A stretch of 32,000 bases of DNA from Prochlorococcus sp. MIT 0801 (lineage in GTDB: Bacteria > Cyanobacteriota > Cyanobacteriia > PCC-6307 > Cyanobiaceae). The translations under genes and the position numbers were made by a program. Shown here piece after piece: positions 28,903-32,000 of the stretch. Location: the NCBI RefSeq assembly GCF_000757865.1, contig NZ_CP007754.1, positions 1,140,001-1,172,000 of the forward strand, written 5' to 3'. The notes under the pieces were generated by a model that saw only the letters and a list, made by a program, of their open reading frames with translations, did no database searches and was not told the origin of the DNA. How positions within the stretch are numbered: position 1 is the stretch's first letter; each line of letters starts with the position of its first letter.

Positions 28903-31185
28903 TTAAAGCTTTCCTATATTTAGGAATAAGGTTTCTCCAGTTGATTTTTTTGAAGTTCCATCATTGTCAGTTGATATGTAAGCGGTACCATCTTTCTTGA
29001 TAGCTAGGCCTTCAACTTTTTCAAGAATAAATCCACCTGTTGAAGTTAGATCTGATCTCAAATCCTTAACGAACTCTTTCTTAACCAATGGATATAGAAT
29101 TGGTGTAGAAGTATCATTCGAAATTGGATCAGGATTGATATCAGAAACTTTGATACGGAAAATAGACTTTAATTTAGCCTTTGCACCGTAATTGCTATCT
29201 CTTTCAATTGCATAAAGGTATCCGTCATGATGAGTCAATTCGGAAATTCCTACGCCACCTTTTCTACCTTGCTTTTCGAATACATAGTTAACAGCTCCCC
29301 ATTCTTTGCTTTCTAAGTTGTAAGTAACAATTTTTGTTGTATTAAATGGATCATCCGCCCATGGCTTTTGTTGTGCCATGTAAAGAGTATCTCCAACTTT
29401 TGCTATCCCTTCAAAGCCAGCTTTCGTTTGATATTGAATAAGGGAATAGGGTACATCTATTTTTTCAAGAATTTCACCATCTGAGCTGATGTGATAAACA
29501 GCAGCTGGAGCTTGTTCTATCCCTGGACCACCTTTCTCTTTGAATCCTTCTGTGGAAACATAAAAACCACCTTTACCATCAAGTGTAATTCCCTCCATAT
29601 CCATAAATGGAGCAGTCTTTCCTTTTAACTTGATGTCTATTGCAGTATCAAGTATGGCAGGGCTGTAATTCGTATCGATCACATAAATTCTTGGCTGTGA
29701 CGAAAATGTGCTGTCGTTAACGGCATAAATCTTTCCATCGCCTCCATCAACCATTCCGCTAATCGATCCCCAACTAACAAAGTCATATCCACCTTCATTA
29801 GTGATGTGTGGATAAATTGCATCTGCCTTTTGGAGCTCGTAAGTCATTACATGTGAAGCCAAGCCAGGTTCTTTCTTGTTGTAATCTTTTTCGTTAGAAG
29901 ATGCGATTAAACCACGTTTAGGAATTGCGACAAATCCTTCTGGTCCAATACCAGATGGTAATAGTTGAAGGAGTGTTGGCTGACTTAAATCTGATACATC
30001 ATATACAGCTACAACTCCAGCTCTTTCAGCTCCTACAAACATATAAGGAGTACCTTTGATTTTCGCATAAGTCACTGATTCAGGTTCTACTCCTTTCTTT
30101 CCAGCACGATCGTCTTGAAAATGACCAATTTGTGCAATAGCTCTTTCTAGTCTGTTTCCATCTTCATAAACAACAGAACCATCTTTATTCCAAATCGTCC
30201 AAGATCTAGAACCTCCTCTTTTTGCCTGACCTTCTTTCTTTAACTTGTAATCTCCCTCATTAGCTGTCGCAAAATGATCGTTATCAATCCAAGTTAGTCC
30301 GTCTGGTTCACGTCTAACGTTTTTTAGCTTTTTCTTGAATGTATGTGCTCCATCTTTTTTAGTATCCATTCCTGCCATTTGACTTACTAGACCTGCTGAA
30401 AAATGGGAGATAACTTCACCTTTTTTATTTAGTACCACCAAGTGATTATTTTCTTGCAGTGAAACAACTGTTTCACCTTTTTTATTAATCGTTAGAAATT
30501 CTGGTTCAGGATCACTTGGTGCTATTTCAGAAAGACCAGAGACATCTGCGAAGAACATTGAATCACAATCAAGATCTCCTCCTTTTAGCTTTACAAAAGC
30601 TACATTACCTGCAGGCATTTGTGGAATCACACCATCATTAAATTCTTCATCTCTTTCATTCTCAATCGCAACTGCGATAAATTTTCCGCTTGGGGCAATT
30701 GCGACACTATCAGGTTGACCACCAACGTTGCATTCTTTTGACTTAATACCTGTTTTTAGATCGTATGAAGTTATTGATCCTGATGGATTTGTATAGCTTT
30801 CAGATGTATTAATACCTACAAAGATTTTACCTTTACGCTCCATAACTGATGTTGGTTCTGCGTCTAACTCGATAATCCCTTCAGCTTTAGGATCTGATGG
30901 ATCGGTAATATCTATTATTCCTACAACACCAAGATCACTATCAGTGTAGATAAGTGTTTTTCCATCCTTAGTTGCTGTGATGGTCTCTGCAGATGTTTTA
31001 GTTGTGGACTTTACACCAGATGGAAGATTCCTATTGATAGCGAAAGAAGAAACTCTATTGAAATTCTTATTTGAAGCATCCCGCCAACCTGCAATACTTG
31101 CTGTGCTAGAGGAGGCTAAGAGAGCTAGCACTGCTGAGCCACATGCTAGTACAACCCTTTTTTTCATTGAGTAAAAATCAGACAT
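28903..31185 (-). CDS. phoA: exported beta-propeller / phytase-like atypical alkaline phosphatase (Prochlorococcus PhoA-type), 760 aa
   Basis: Signal peptide MKKRVVLACGSAVLALLASSSTASIA. Repeated propeller-like blades with PEG/EPE/GFEGIA/VEGLAI motifs. Sits between phoR and a porin, with a Pho box upstream. Alternative start at ATG 31167. Confidence 0.7.
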   Translation of the reverse strand: MSDFYSMKKRVVLACGSAVLALLASSSTASIAGWRDASNKNFNRVSSFAINRNLPSGVKSTTKTSAETITATKDGKTLIYTDSDLGVVGIIDITDPSDPKAEGIIELDAEPTSVMERKGKIFVGINTSESYTNPSGSITSYDLKTGIKSKECNVGGQPDSVAIAPSGKFIAVAIENERDEEFNDGVIPQMPAGNVAFVKLKGGDLDCDSMFFADVSGLSEIAPSDPEPEFLTINKKGETVVSLQENNHLVVLNKKGEVISHFSAGLVSQMAGMDTKKDGAHTFKKKLKNVRREPDGLTWIDNDHFATANEGDYKLKKEGQAKRGGSRSWTIWNKDGSVVYEDGNRLERAIAQIGHFQDDRAGKKGVEPESVTYAKIKGTPYMFVGAERAGVVAVYDVSDLSQPTLLQLLPSGIGPEGFVAIPKRGLIASSNEKDYNKKEPGLASHVMTYELQKADAIYPHITNEGGYDFVSWGSISGMVDGGDGKIYAVNDSTFSSQPRIYVIDTNYSPAILDTAIDIKLKGKTAPFMDMEGITLDGKGGFYVSTEGFKEKGGPGIEQAPAAVYHISSDGEILEKIDVPYSLIQYQTKAGFEGIAKVGDTLYMAQQKPWADDPFNTTKIVTYNLESKEWGAVNYVFEKQGRKGGVGISELTHHDGYLYAIERDSNYGAKAKLKSIFRIKVSDINPDPISNDTSTPILYPLVKKEFVKDLRSDLTSTGGFILEKVEGLAIKKDGTAYISTDNDGTSKKSTGETLFLNIGKL

Positions 31186-31225
31186 CTAATTATTAGCTGA
31201 CTGAAGTTAAGAGAAAAACTTTTTC

Positions 31226-31266
31226 AATTAAAAATTTGATTAGCAACAAGTTAAGAGGCGTTTAAC
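31226..31266 (-). promoter_or_regulatory. Pho box upstream of the phosphatase gene
   Basis: Minus strand reads GTTAAACG-cct-CTTAACTT-gtt-GCTAATCA-aat-TTTTAATT. Four 8-mers at exact 11-bp phasing. Confidence 0.55.
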
Positions 31267-31282
31267 AACTATGTATAAAAAA

Positions 31283-31303
31283 AGGCCCCTAATGTAGGGG
31301 CCT
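31283..31303. terminator. bidirectional terminator after the porin gene
   Basis: 9-bp stem AGGCCCCTA/TAGGGGCCT flanked by A7 and T5. Confidence 0.8.
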
Positions 31304-31327
31304 TTTTGAAAAGTTTAAGTAAGAAGT

Positions 31328-32000
31328 TTAGAACTTGTACTTAACGTTAACAGCTGCGCCAGATAGATCTTCTCCACCGACACCAGCATCTTCTGATGTC
31401 CAGATCATTGGAGTGATCTTGACGCCATCAGCAATCTTGTAGTCATACCAAGCTTCGTATGTAAGCTTCTCATCAGTTCCCTTTTGAGTTCCTACGCCTA
31501 CGCCAAGTGTACCTGGACCTGCATCAGCTTCTACACCAACAACCCAGTTTTCATCTTCTTCACCTGTTTCAGGATCCATTGAATCAAAATAAGCACTTAC
31601 GGTAACAGGGATTGATTCTGGCTGGAAATAGCCACCAATACCGTATGCAGTGTATGTATCACTGCTATCACTATATGTAAATGTTCCACCAAAACCATCT
31701 CCATCAAAACCAAGCTGAGCAGTTACATAGTCTTCAGTATTGTCACCAAAGATTCCCTTACTTGCATCATCACCATCAGCAGCTGTCATGTTAAGAGAAG
31801 CATTCCAGCCATTATCTCCTGCATAAGCGATAGTTGCACCTGTTCCACCTTCACCGGCAAGAGCATAGTATCCATCAACTGCCAATAGAACTGGCTCACC
31901 ATAGATAGATGTAGTACCAGCAAGACCTTGATCTCCATCCATCTTTGGTCCGACGCTTATTGTTAAATCTTCCGCAAGAGGGAATTGGTAATAAAGATCA
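31328..32000 (-). CDS. outer-membrane porin (Som-like), partial: N-terminus beyond window end
   Basis: Gly/Asp/Thr/Tyr-rich alternating beta-strand pattern with a C-terminal ...VNVKYKF. The frame stays open from 31942 to base 32000, so the track start is not the real start. Confidence 0.8.
   Translation of the reverse strand, partial: DLYYQFPLAEDLTISVGPKMDGDQGLAGTTSIYGEPVLLAVDGYYALAGEGGTGATIAYAGDNGWNASLNMTAADGDDASKGIFGDNTEDYVTAQLGFDGDGFGGTFTYSDSSDTYTAYGIGGYFQPESIPVTVSAYFDSMDPETGEEDENWVVGVEADAGPGTLGVGVGTQKGTDEKLTYEAWYDYKIADGVKITPMIWTSEDAGVGGEDLSGAAVNVKYKF

Noticed and set aside
28903-31185. Lipoprotein (lipobox VLAC) interpretation of the phosphatase N-terminus
   Set aside because: The Cys sits near the start of the hydrophobic core instead of at its end. 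An ordinary Sec signal with cleavage after ...STASIA fits better.
1-32000. Transposase, integrase, phage structural genes, restriction-modification systems or known defence systems
   Set aside because: No ORF in any frame shows recognisable catalytic motifs of these families (DDE, the tyrosine recombinase R..H..R..Y context, large ATPase or nuclease domains). The only mobility-flavoured gene is the small HTH at 24879-25112.

Overview
AT-rich (about 30% GC by eye) cyanobacterial DNA that reads like a hypervariable genomic island of a high-light-adapted Prochlorococcus. The evidence is two multi-gene arrays of high-light-inducible (hli) genes with ...TGQIIPG[IFV][FV] C-termini. At the right end (25.8-32 kb) there is also a phosphate-acquisition cluster: a Crp-family PtrA-like regulator, phoB, phoR, a 760-aa beta-propeller/phytase-like phosphatase and a porin, with 11-bp-phased Pho-box-like repeats. 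The left 25 kb is a mosaic of segmental duplications. These include a ~1.25 kb inverted pair carrying the hli arrays and bracketing ~8.3 kb, a ~0.6 kb direct pair carrying a DUF2905 operon with a structured leader, and dispersed GC-rich boxes. This region is packed with micro-ORFs under 60 aa that the supplied ORF track cannot show. Three things stand out. (i) A multi-copy family of small Cys-motif peptides; three copies are followed by a translationally coupled, strongly conserved 23-26 aa hydrophobic peptide (11 synonymous vs 2 non-synonymous codon differences between two copies). I cannot place this recurrent two-gene module in any known system. (ii) A type IV pilin-like protein fused to a C-type lectin domain, next to an HTH-protein/arfB pair. 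(iii) An iteron-like repeat field plus a small excisionase-like HTH gene at the junction between the island and the phosphate cluster. I recognised no rRNA, tRNA, CRISPR, transposase or integrase. All small-ORF coordinates come from hand translation and need computational confirmation.
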